From: Folioceros fuciformis
Taxonomy: Eukaryota
NCBI GenBank assembly: GCA_049999805.1
Contig: JBNGIO010006379.1
Span: 997,971 to 1,061,970 of the forward strand
Length of the DNA: 64,000 nucleotides
Direction: 5' to 3'
Of the stretch, positions 13,088 through 24,310 are shown piece after piece; positions within the stretch are counted from its first letter, which is position 1, and each line of letters opens with the position of its first letter. The notes under the pieces are model-generated. The model was given only the letters and a program-made list of their open reading frames with translations, was not told where the DNA came from and did not search any database. A program made the translations under genes and the position numbers.

Positions 13088-13156
13088 GCCGTTGGAAGAC
13101 TCGTGTCCTCGTATCCAACAGAAAGCGGGTGCTAAAATTCTAGCAGCTCCAACGGC
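13088..13156. promoter_or_regulatory. pair of MSA-like (AACGG core) elements in inverted orientation upstream of the small gene
   Basis: TCCAACGGC at 13148-13156 and its reverse complement at 13088-13096. A third TCCAACGG lies at ~12581. Confidence 0.4.
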
Positions 13157-13211
13157 AAGGTCGATTTGCTAGAGACTGCAATTGCCGAAGTCTCTAGGTC
13201 CAGCGCATGGG

Positions 13212-13499
13212 ATGGAGTCGGAACAGGAGAGTGAGAAGCGGAAGGTGGCTCAGGTGCAATCGGAGGTGGAGCGCGTAAGGAAGCTGCCCCCTTGCAGCGC
13301 TTACGCCACTCATCGTCTTCGTGTTCTCAACAAGATGTTGGAATTGCTGTCCGTTCATCCCAAGGTCTGACGCCCCGGTTTGGTTTTCTATTACTTTCTT
13401 GATTGCCGTAATGGATGGATTACTCCTCGTCTCTTGCAGACAAGAACGCCTTCCCAAGCGGAGGAGCTGGAGCTTCTCTTTGCAGCGATGTCACTTTAG
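13212..13499 (+). CDS. small (70 aa) two-exon protein resembling a conserved uncharacterised plant family
   Basis: Exon 1 13212-13364, GT-AG intron 13365-13439, exon 2 13440-13499. Product: MESEQESEKRKVAQVQSEVERVRKLPPCSAYATHRLRVLNKMLELLSVHPK|TRTPSQAEELELLFAAMSL*. Family resemblance is from memory only. Confidence 0.75.
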
Positions 13500-13704
13500 A
13501 AGCGAAGGCTTGAGGTCCGTACAATCCCAGAAGCTCAAGTTACGGCTGCTGGTTGGGCAGGTGATCATGAGAGATGGGCGGATTCCAGACGAGGTACGTC
13601 TTTAGCCAGCTTGGATGGAGGATCGCCTCCAAATCTCCAGCTTCGGTGAGGCCGCCTTTGTCTGTTCTGTGCATTTCGCATGAACTGAAGGGGGAACTCG
13701 GGGG

Positions 13705-16700
13705 CTAAAGCCTGATGATCTCGTCGATCTCCCCACCAAGCTCGTCCAAGATCCTGCTATCCTCACTTCGGTTACCGTCATCTGGTTTATCTTTAGTGAA
13801 GGCTCCTGTTAAGGAAGCCTGTTTCCCGAGGGCAATTGTTTCAAGCAATCACAGACGGCTTCGAGCGAGTATTGAAAGATGGAAGGATATGGTGACGGGG
13901 CCTTCGCCTTTTGCTTCAAAGGGCTAAACTTGGCAAATACATTCGGCTGATGATGTGACAACGGACTACCTCGCAGCCTGCTCGGGCTGCTGAGAGACCT
14001 CGAGAATCCTGCCGAGTAATGCATTGACATGCTTTGTTAGGGACTGTTTATCTAGTATGGCAATTTCTTGTTTTTTATGGGTAGAAGTTGAACTCTCATG
14101 TTCTTACCAGCCTGTTTGGGAGTTTGCGGTTGAGAGAGAGCAAGTGATGCCCGTTCTGTCAGCTCCTTGTCAATCATATTCCTCCTGCAGCCAGTAACAT
14201 GTTATGCAGAAGGGAGCGGACGCTGTCCGCCATCCTCGTCTTGCCTGTAGATGTGGAAAGACTTACCTATCAGAACCTTGTGTTCTTCCCTCCTGTTCTT
14301 CGTCATCGCTCGCCCATTTACCAAGGCCCAGCTCCACCTCGTCCCGGTCGTCTGGTGCCCCGGAGCTCACAGTCCCGGGGCCGGGGCCCTCCTTGCTAGG
14401 ACTTCCCGTTTCCTCCAATTCTTCCTCAAGCAGCTCTGAGAACAGCCCGTAACCGTTTGCTTGTTGCATGAACTGGGATTCTTCGCCATGCTTGGTTACA
14501 AATGGCTTAGGAGCAAAAGGGGCGCGTCTGTCCGAGGAGCTTGCTTGTTGCCTCCTTCTTGCAAACGCATCTGACTCCTCGCTGCGGCAGCCATGGTCGC
14601 TGATATCTGAGCTTGCTCCATCATGCATCCCTCTGCTCATTGGCCGTCTCGAACACTCCTGCCAACACTGCGCATAACACGACAAACATATGGTGACTTC
14701 ATCCACCAAGAAATCGTTCCTGAATAAGGACTGTGGATTCCAATGCAGACCTGTGGACCTCCTCGTCCGTCATCAGAGCATGCGTCAGAGTCGGAGCATT
14801 CGCTCATGCGAGAGTTGGACAAGCTAGGATTAAAGCTGGCTTCTATTTGCTGAACATCTCGGGTGTGGATTGCCCTCTGCAGAATGCACCATGCTCAGGC
14901 AATTGCGACCAGTCGAGATATCTATGTAACCAGAAGAAAGGTCTGAAGCAGCCTCACATCTGTATGCCAAAGAATTGCTCCCCTCTCGCTCTCCATTGCA
15001 CGGCGCTCGCTTACTCGAGCTTGCTCATAACGCAGAGCCCTTTGTTTCTCCAGCGCGGCAGCAGCCTGCGCGTACTTGGAGTCACTGCATATCCAACGAT
15101 CAGAAAAGGTGTATCAAAATCTACGAAAATAATCCGGAACACGTGCTTTCTGACAGTCCTCACGGCCTTGGCACCACACCTCAACCCTTCTGACGAAACT
15201 TGCACGCCAAACTTCTTCATCTCATTCTCCAATTGCGCATCCAAGACCTGTCGAATTCACAGAGGTAGAAGAGCTCATTCAGCTTTGTTACAGCCCTCAG
15301 GATGGACACTGGATATGGGCACAAATGGTTTCGGAGGTGACCTGGGCAAGCTCGTCATGCTTGGTTTTGAACTTTTCCGATGAATGTGGGTACTTCGCAA
15401 CTGCAAATGGCCTGTGGCAGTCAATCGAACAAACATCAGAACAATAGTGGACGTTTGCAGCCAACTAGAATCTTACTCAGGGCAACAATCGACTCTCTTA
15501 CGAGAAGGGGACGGGTGCATAAGAATGCTCCTTTAACCATTGCTCCTTTTCTGGAATTGACATCCATGGTGCTCCTCCACCAGTTTCAGTCACCGCATCC
15601 TTTGTTAATCTCTAAGATAACGTTCAGGGCCAGCACCCGGAGTTTGATAAATGCGTCATGATGATCGCACCAACCAGACAGATTCACAGCGCCACAAGTT
15701 TTACCTGCTGCGCCATGGTTCCCGGATGGTCCTGCAACTGATACCCAAAAGCAGTAAGGCGAAAGAAACAGAAAACTAAGTCCTTAAGCTGTCGAGCAGG
15801 AAGTCCCGTCCCTTTATGCACTATTTCAAACCCTGCAACAAAACTAAGCAAGTCTTTCCTCGACGGCCACATCCACCATGACTTACGTTGGAATCCTGTT
15901 CTCTCCTTTCAGCCTGTGTGCCATTAGATCGTCGAGATCCTTGTTCGTCAGTTTGATGTCTGCCACATACAGCGACGATCCAAGGTGATACGAACCAGTC
16001 AAGACTGACCATGCTTTATTTCGAAATGGCTTCGTAACAACAATGAAGATTAATGAATACCTTTCTCCATCATCGACAGCTGCCATTCCGCCTTCAGTAT
16101 CTGATCGCTCCCGAGCTTGAGCTCTCTCTTCCTGGCCCATTTCGGTGAACCAATTCTGTGATTTCAAATCCGTCAGCTTCCTACATTTCGGAGCTACTTT
16201 CTCTAAAACAGCCGCGAGACATTCGTGCAAACCTTCAGTGACTTTGGCCTCTTTAGAGCGTCTGGTGACAGTTTCACTCGGCCATGCTCCTGCGGCAGAA
16301 AAACGGCTTGGTAACTGACGTGCTACCAAACTTAGCTTGTACGTTCCAGCCTCCTTCATATGCAAGAAAAGCACCTTTCGGAGTGGCCTTCTTGCCTGCT
16401 GACCCCCCCTTTCCTGCTCCTCGGCCTGCACAGAAGCCGACACACACAACACCTAACATTGAAAAACGTCCAAGCGTCGGAAGATGACGACTACTCGAAG
16501 CACCCGGCGACGAACTTTCAAACCTCGTACTCCTCGTACAGTCCTTGCGGCAATGCTACGCGCGCGCGTCCTTTTACAGATACAGTGGTGACAGTGGTGG
16601 AGACCTGATTCTCCTGAGGCTCATGAGAGGACGGGAGTTCGTCTTTGTCGGATTTCAAACCATGTACCTGCAATTGGAGAAGACATGTAGTTACCAAGCA

Positions 16701-19298
16701 TGCCGGAGCTGATGGGGAGAATGAATGCATGTTAGGTTAGACGTGTTTACTTCCTGATACGCAGATTCAAGCTCCTTCACCAATCTTGCATTTTCCTGGA
16801 TGCAAGATTTGAAAGTCATTCCTTGCAGCAATCATCTCATGGAAGGATAATGAGATGGGCCACAGTTTTACATTATTCAGGTTGTTAAGCTGTTGATCGA
16901 GGGTTACAAACTTGAGCTCCAGTTCCCTCAGTTTCTGCAGCAACGAACGACCAAAGTTAGGCTTAAAGACTGGCGTTGACGACTATCTCCTAGAGATTCC
17001 CTGTCGTTAGTTCACAGAGAGCAGAAAGTACCTCCTGTCCAGAATAAAAGTCCTTGTCTGTTGTCCTCTCTATGGGCAAGTCTTTCGGCCTGAAACCCTG
17101 CTGGAAAGGAAAGCGATTCTTATGAACACAAGGGGTATACGATGCAAACTACCCTTGAGGCACTAAGCCATTGCTCAGAAACAGCAATAGACCGGAGTGA
17201 AAAGTGGGAACCTACAGAGGACGATGCAATTATCTGACTTTGAAGGTTCTCAAGACGATGCTGAACCTCCTGCAAAAACCAAGACGTATGTTGAGCAAAC
17301 AGAGCTCTCGTGGTGAAGCATTTGAGGAAGGTAGCACGCCTGGAGAGTCACAGGAGGAGGAGGAGAATGCCCACAGCTGCTGAAGACGCTTGCAATTGAG
17401 TCTGGATAGAGTCGAGCCTGCTTTGCACCTCCAAGAGCTTGTAATTACTGTCTCTCAGAGCTGACTGAAGCGAAGCTATCTGACTTCCAAGCACCAAATG
17501 ATGGATGCCCATGTTAATGACGCAAACCAAAGGGTGAACCAAGGGCAAGATGCTTCATTCTGCCTGCACCTGCGCCTGCGCTGCGGTCTCTGCTCGTTGA
17601 AACTCAGCCTGAACCCGAAGCGGTGAGAAAATAAGCGTGTGCTTGGTCGGACAAGGTCAGTTTGAGTGGTGCCATAGTCATCCAGGAAACCAAAAATGCC
17701 GAACCTGATCCACCCACCTGAGAGGTAATGCGGAGCTGCTGCAACTCAGCATGAAGGGCTGACGTTTCTGCTACCTGCATGCGTTATGCTGTTTCAGAAA
17801 GCAAGGTCTTATGCGAGGATCGGAATTGACAAGTGGAGAGCGCACTTGTGTTGGTCTCGACTCCTCCTTGGTGACCACTGCGATGATCTTCTCTTCCGTG
17901 CTGTGATTGCCCCCCGACTTGGCATGCCTTCTGGACATGTGAAGGTCCTGGCAAGCTTTCCCAGCGTTGGTAAACAGGCGTAAACCATGTCACAGCCTGT
18001 TGAAAGGGCAAGAAACCACAGCAGCACAGCATTGGGTCTACTTACGAGAAAGTAAGCCGACTCAAAGACTTTCTCGCACAAAGGGCAATGGGCGACCTGC
18101 ATAGGAGCACTGTCACGGTGACGATGCAGAGGGGAGGCGGGTGACATGACATCAAAAGCTCGTGTGCGCAGTCACTCACCTGATGGCCCACAGTCTGCAC
18201 CGGTGCTGGTGCTGGTGCCTGTGCTTGAGCTGGTGTTGGTGCTGGAACTGGTGTGCTGTTCTTCCCTTGCGTTCGCAAAAGGATCTCATACGTATGCATG
18301 GTCTGCACCGCCACACGGTGGCATGCCAACATTGAGCACAAGGGAAGGAAGCCCATTCACGGCTCAAGGCCTGCAGGCAACCCATTGCCTCAGCCTGAAC
18401 AGGGCACCTTCTTGGTCTGCTTCAACTCGCGGCGGACGGCAGCAAGCGCAGCACGCTGTGCACGGTACTTGACCCGGTTCTTCTCCCCTTCCTCCTGCAG
18501 CGCCGACCCAGCCTTGATGAGCTCCGCCTTGTGCGCCGCCAGCACCTCTTGGACATGCAGCAGATACTCCACCTGCCTCTCACCCCGGCCTCTCGTGAGC
18601 TCAAACTGGCTGCGGCAGCCCGCACAACCTCTCACCCTGCTCGTGCTTGAGCAAAGCAAGGCAACGCGGAGCGAGTACCATGAGCTGCGCAAGCTGGAAG
18701 ATTTTGAGGAAATTGGCTTCCGTGAAATTGCGTGTGTCCTCCCCGGCGATGTCCCCGAACGCGATGGTGTCCACCACCGACTCCAGCGTGTCAATGTCTG
18801 CAGAGGAGCCGGGGCGGCATGAGGGAGCAGGGGAGAGGAGAGGGAAGGCGCCAGGGCAAGGGAACGGAAGGGAAGGAAGCGGGTGGTTAGATCACCTGCT
18901 TCGCGGATGAGTTTGTCCACATCCACGGCGTGCAGGACGCGCCAATCGATCCGCGCCTTGCGCTTCTGGAAGGCGAAGGGCGCGGCGGGGAGGGAACAGC
19001 CCAGAGCTGCTGGCTTGCTGCTGTTGTTGCACAGCCGTGCGGTGGCTGCAAGGCCGCAGGTGCGGTCCCAGCCCTTGTCGCCGGAGCTGGTGGAGGAGGT
19101 CGGGGTGGAGACCGGGGAAGCCGAGTGCGCCTCTGCCGCTGCATCGCGTTCGCGGTCTCGCTCGCTCTCAGCGGGGGATGGCTTGGCTGACGACCTGCCT
19201 GAGCCGCCATGAATCCGGGCTTGCTGCTGGCTGTGGCGTCGGCAGCCGTCGGGCGCGCTGCTTCTGCGTGCCATTCTCCCCTCAGCCTCGGGCTCCAT
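13705..19298 (-). CDS. DZIP1: DZIP1/Iguana-like ciliary basal-body zinc-finger protein, multi-exon
   Basis: Dzip-like N domain (FAFQKRKARIDWRVLHAVDVDKLIRE..DIDTLE..IAFGDI..FLKIFQLAQLMVEYLLHVQE), coiled coil, C2H2-type start HCPLCEKVFESAYFL, and a long low-complexity C-terminus ending LDELGGEIDEIIRL* (13705). Middle exons were only partly traced. Confidence 0.8.
13796..13890 (-). other. U12-type (minor spliceosome) AT-AC intron, last intron of the DZIP1-like gene
   Basis: 5' site ATATCCTT, branch site TTCCTTAAC (13816-13808) and terminal CAC 12 nt later. Removing it joins ...KAKAPSP to KDKPDDG... in frame. Confidence 0.88.
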
Positions 19299-19538
19299 GA
19301 TCAAAGCCTGCCCGTCGCCCAGGCTCCTACGGTGGCCTGGCGAGCGGGCGCTCGGGTGGTTACCGTCCCCACACACGGACACTGCCGAATTCTCCTCCGG
19401 TCATTATTTCCTTCAACCTGCCATCCAACTTTCAAATAAAAGAAACCATTTTTCGTTCCAAAAGCAAAGTATTTGTATGGAAGCCTCTCTTTTATCCTTT
19501 GCGTACTAGTGTCAAAACAATGCTTGAGAACGTAAGCT

Positions 19539-21790
19539 TGTCACCACACGCTCCCACTCCGTCACCAGCTTCACACAACCCCGCACACATTGTTATCAAG
19601 GCATAGGGTTGTGCCCCAAGGAGGTTTCACTCCGCACATGCCATGCGACCCCTTGGCTTGTCCTAGGTTAAGGGGACTACAATTAGTATAGGTTTCTCCT
19701 AAGGGGTGATCTCCTTGGCCAAGAGGCTACAAACAGTAGAGATGCTCTCCTTAGGGTGAACTCCATGATCAAAGGGAGTACAATTAGTAGAGGTGCTCTC
19801 CCTAGGTGACTTCCTTGGCCAAGGGGGGCTACAATTGGTAGAGGTGCTCTCCCAGAGCTACAAGAATCCTAGGGATGGCAAAAAATCTTCTTGTTAATCA
19901 ATCCTATCTTATTGATATGCCTATGATGAGGTGCTTTGGAAAGACCCTTGATGAGAAGATTTGAAGTATTGTCTATCATTTTGATATCTTGTAATTGCAT
20001 CTATCTCTAAGAGACCACCTATCTCATGACATCGTGCTCAATCTTTAAATACTTTGTTCTTGCATGTAGGACAAAATTACGTGTCATTGTGATCAAGAAC
20101 TAGTTATCAAAAAATAGCCTAGTGGATTAATCTTTCTCTTTGTGGACTGGCTTTGTGGTAGAATAAGTCTTTCTACTAGTACTTAATTAGCCTTTTAGAC
20201 ACTATTTGGTTAAGGTTTTGTTTGTTCAAGTTCTGAAGTCTCTTTTTACAAGCTTAGCTTCAAAATAGCTTACATTAGTTATTTTATAGACTAATTGACT
20301 TAGTTAGTTGAATTAATTCTTACAAAGGATTGCATATGTCAGAATTAGGCTTTATAAACCTACATTTGCCAAGATTGTGCTACCAGCTAGAAGTGTGGGT
20401 AACGCCAATGTTTATGAGATAATGATCAACATAACTCTAATCTTAACAAGGACGAGGAGATGGTGATGCCTGTAAGGCTAAGAAAAGGTCTAGGGTAAAG
20501 AACGGAAATTGTGAAAGTTACGCCCTAGCAATGTTAAGTTTATGATAGTCCTCCTGCAATCCCTTTAAGAACATTGTCAAATTTGAATAGAATCTTATAA
20601 TCCAAGAATTTGAGGGTGTGAGGATTCATAGGCATAGCATAAATGTGAGAAATCTAAGGCCTAGCTCGACAAACTGGCTTTGGGGAGCATAACATTTAGA
20701 TTACATACATAAGAATAATTACAATCAATTAAACTTATATAGAAAAAATTCAGTCCTAGTTTGCTTAGAAAAATGGCAAGCTTTTCTCATTTCTATATTC
20801 ACTACCCTGGTAATGAGACTCTGGTGATGCATTTTTTGAGGGCTCTATACCCATCATAGGGCCCTTTATTCCAGGTCAATCAAATAGCGCAACACCTAAC
20901 AATCCTTTAACTCTAGCGACATTAATTCCTATATTGCATGAGAGTAGGCTAAGGAAATCATACCTTACTTCAAGTACTCCTATGAGTACCTTGGTTTTCT
21001 CTATAGGCAATAAGAAGCGTTGTAAACCCAAACCTCCTTTCTCCACTTATGGATCCCACGACCTTCTTCAAATCCTACACACAAAAATAAACATGTCACT
21101 ATTGTTAGAAACAAAATCACATAGTACTTGATCGTAGAAAAAAGAAAAGGAACAAATTTGAAGCTATAGAGATTCACAACCCTAATGCATCACCAGCTTC
21201 AGTTAACACAGTACAAGCTAGTGATCAAGGTCCTTCTTACGTCTTCACCATTCAGGTTGGTAGATTGATTTTTGATAAATGCTCTCAAGATATGTGGCTT
21301 CTTGACTATGGAGCAATTGAGCACATGTCTCCAAGGAGGGATATTCGCCATTTTCCATTACCAACTTTGAGGAAGATGTCGTCCACCCGCCTCTAATACC
21401 TATGCCGCTTCCTAACCCTATGATCATTACTCCAACAGTAGCTCCAAATTAGATGGTCACTCCGGCCCCTCACCTCCACCAACCTACTCCTACATATCCT
21501 TCCAACCTCAACAGCCCTACATCAATGAGAAATGATGCCAACCTTCCTTATCATCGAGTGCCGCCAATGGATGAGGCCAATGAATAATGCACTTTTTGAT
21601 CATGCCGAGCCATAGGGGAGAATAGGACCATATCTTGAAGTTGCTGGACATAAATAACTTCAAACCACTTCTAACAACAGCCCAAGACGATCTACCAGGA
21701 TAAATAGAGGGATTGCTTGTATACAATTTCATGAGCCCACTTTTGACAAATTCATTGCAAAAAAACCAAGGCCTTTGTGTTCACACTATC
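19539..21790. mobile_element. AT-rich, probably retroelement-derived decayed sequence
   Basis: Abrupt drop in GC and CpG, no long ORFs, internal tandem repeats, and contiguous with the copia pol remnant. No diagnostic domain read. Confidence 0.4.
19670..19853. repeat. about 4 degenerate tandem copies of a 50-51 bp unit in TE-derived DNA
   Basis: Recurring ctacaattagtagaggtgctctcc..aggtga..tccttggccaag unit, with periods of 50, 51 and 51 bp. Confidence 0.8.
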
Positions 21791-23698
21791 TTCGGTGTTG
21801 ACATTGCACCTATTAAGGAGGCGCTTGAAGGATCAGAATCCAACTCCTAGAAGCCAGCAATGGAAAGTGAATATCAAACCTTGGTTTCTAATGAAACGTA
21901 GACTTTAATTGATCCACCACAAGGAAGAAACATTGTAGCAGCAAATGGGTTTTAAAGAAAAAGCACAATGTAGATAGCTCCCTAGCTAGATTGAAGGCCA
22001 GACTAGTAGCAAGGGGATTTTTCACAAAGGAGTGGAGTCAACAATTCTGAAGCAAGCATTTGCAGTGCGATAGTAAAACTCATTTTTCTTCGTGTGATGA
22101 AGACCTTAGCTGCATTGTACAATCTCTTTATACACTACCTAGATGTGGAGACAACCTTTTCACATAGAATCTTAAAGGAAGAAATCTACATACAACAGCC
22201 TCTTGGATATGAAGTGAAAGAACAAGAATCCAAGGTCTGGCTTCTAAAAAAAACTGTTTCTGAATTATAATAGTCTTCCAAAGGTTGGTACAAATATCTT
22301 CTATAGTATTTACTTAGCCTAGGCTATATGAAAAGCTTTTTACACTCTAGTGTCTTCACAAGAAATAGAGGGCAAAAAATGCTTTTGGTAGGTCTTTATG
22401 TGAATGATTTGATAATGGTTTCAAATGATAAAGCTTATTTAGTTGAGTGCTAGTTTGCTTATGAAAGAATTCATGATTGTAGATAATGGCACATGATATA
22501 CTGCTTAGGTATTTAGGTTACTCAGGATCCATCTAACCATACCATCACCTTATATCAGAGGACATATATTTCTAATTTACTTAATAAGTATGACATGTCT
22601 AGCTACAAACCTATACATACTTCTATGCAAACAAGCTCTAGATTATGTAAAACAATGTCACCTCAACTAGATGTTGAAGGAATTGATGCAACCAGTTCCG
22701 TACAAGTGTGTAGTTGGCAATGTTCAACATTTGGCTTAGTACTCTAAATGAGATGCAGCATGTCCTAATGACCATGTTAATTTGTGTTTAATATTGGAAA
22801 GTTACACTTGGTGGCAGCCAAGAGAATCCTTGCATATCTTTAGCAAACAAGAACTCGTAGAATTTAATACAAAGGAGGTTCTAATGCTCACACCAAGCTT
22901 ATAGGTTGGAATTATGCGGACTATGCAAATGATCCGGGGACTAGGAAATCCTTAAGTGGTCATGTCTTTATGCTTGCAGAGGGGGTTATAAGTTGGAAAT
23001 CAAAGAAACAAACTTAGATTGCATAGAGCTCGATTGAATCCGAATATATTGTAACTGCCTTATCAGCGAAAGATGGTCTATGGATAATTCAACTTCTTTG
23101 CGACCTTGGATACTCACAGGAATGACCTTTGGAATTGATATGTGATATTTAGCTTCCATAGCTCTTTCCAAAGGTATCATATTTCATGAACGATCAAGGT
23201 ATATAGAAGTACGTTCCATAGCTCTTTGCAAAGATATCATATTTCATGAGCGATTAAGGTACATAGAAGTACGTTATCATTTCCTCTGCCTTAATGTGGA
23301 CTCAGGAGCACTCATATTGAAGTACCTACCTACCAAAGACCATCTCGCCGACATTCTGGCAAAGCCCTTGGGAAAGATCAAACATGAGGGCTTTTGCTTG
23401 AAATTAGGACTTGTTGACTTATCATAGATTTTGATCATGTCGCTTCAAGGGGGGTGTGTAAAACCAGTTCATGTCATGATGCATGTTGTTTTAAATGGAC
23501 ACCATCATAGGAGACACGGCCTGAACAAATGCAGCTCCTCCTCGTACAGACATATTTTATGCCTTCGCACACTCTCGTAATTCAATACACTATTTGTATT
23601 CTCTCATCTTTGTTGTGTGTTTGCTCTCATGTGTCTATGCACAAACACTAATCTAATAAGCTGCAAGCCGACAATGCCAATGGTAGGCTTCTTTAACA
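21790..23698 (+). mobile_element. decayed Ty1/copia LTR retrotransposon (RT, RNase H, PPT, 3' LTR)
   Basis: Broken frames read AMESEYQTLVSNET*TLI, LKARLVARG, LDVETTF..LKEEIYIQQP.GY, LYVNDL, ADYANDPGTRKSLSG, ISWKSKKQ, IEVRYHFL and LADILAKPL. PPT AAGGGGGG at 23447-23454. Putative LTR TGTAAAA...TTTAACA at 23457-23698. Confidence 0.92.
23154..23275. repeat. 60-bp tandem duplication inside copia RNase H
   Basis: Lines 23161 and 23221 align at period 60 with a few substitutions. Confidence 0.85.
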
Positions 23699-23700
23699 TG

Positions 23701-23800
23701 NNNNNNNNNNNNNNNNNNNNNNNNNNNNNNNNNNNNNNNNNNNNNNNNNNNNNNNNNNNNNNNNNNNNNNNNNNNNNNNNNNNNNNNNNNNNNNNNNNNN
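23701..23800. other. assembly gap (100 N)
   Basis: Run of N. Confidence 1.
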
Positions 23801-24137
23801 GAAGTTGAGTTTACCATTGGGTTGTAGCCGAGAAGTCAAAGTCGAGTTTACTGCTGGGTTGTAGCTAAGAAGTTGAGTTCACTGCTACCAAAAGTAGTAA
23901 TAATTTACAGTGTAATGTATAAATAATATAACTATAAATGTGTAATTTACTAAATACAAAGCTGTAAAGTAAAGTATAACTTTACACCATAATCGTTATT
24001 TTATATATCATAGTGGCCTATGATGGTCTAAACCTCAACCGCTAGCTAAGTTTAGCTAAGAGTGTCCTTTGTTGAACTTTCTAAGAGTGTCCTTTGTTAA
24101 GAAAAGCTTGTTCTGCCCAACAACAAGACAAAGTTTT

Positions 24138-24310
24138 TTTTATTGGAGATGTTGTTATTACTTATCTTCCTCATGACTTTGTTGTTATCTAAAATCTTTT
24201 ATTGTAGATGTGATTGTTACTCATCTTCCTCGTGACTTTGCTGTTATCTAAAAGTCTTTTATTGTAGATGTGGTTATTACTAATCTTTCTCGGGACTTTG
24301 TTGTTATCTA
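24138..24310. repeat. three tandem copies of a 59-60 bp AT-rich unit
   Basis: ttttattgtagatgtg.ttattact.atcttcctc.tgactttgttgttatcta repeated three times. Confidence 0.85.

Noticed and set aside
14733-15383. 216-aa plus-strand ORF
   Set aside because: Antisense to DZIP1-like exons, with no domain or start context.
18390-19382. 330-aa ORF as a single-exon gene
   Set aside because: It reads through introns of the DZIP1-like gene; the conserved domain changes frame at GT-AG introns.
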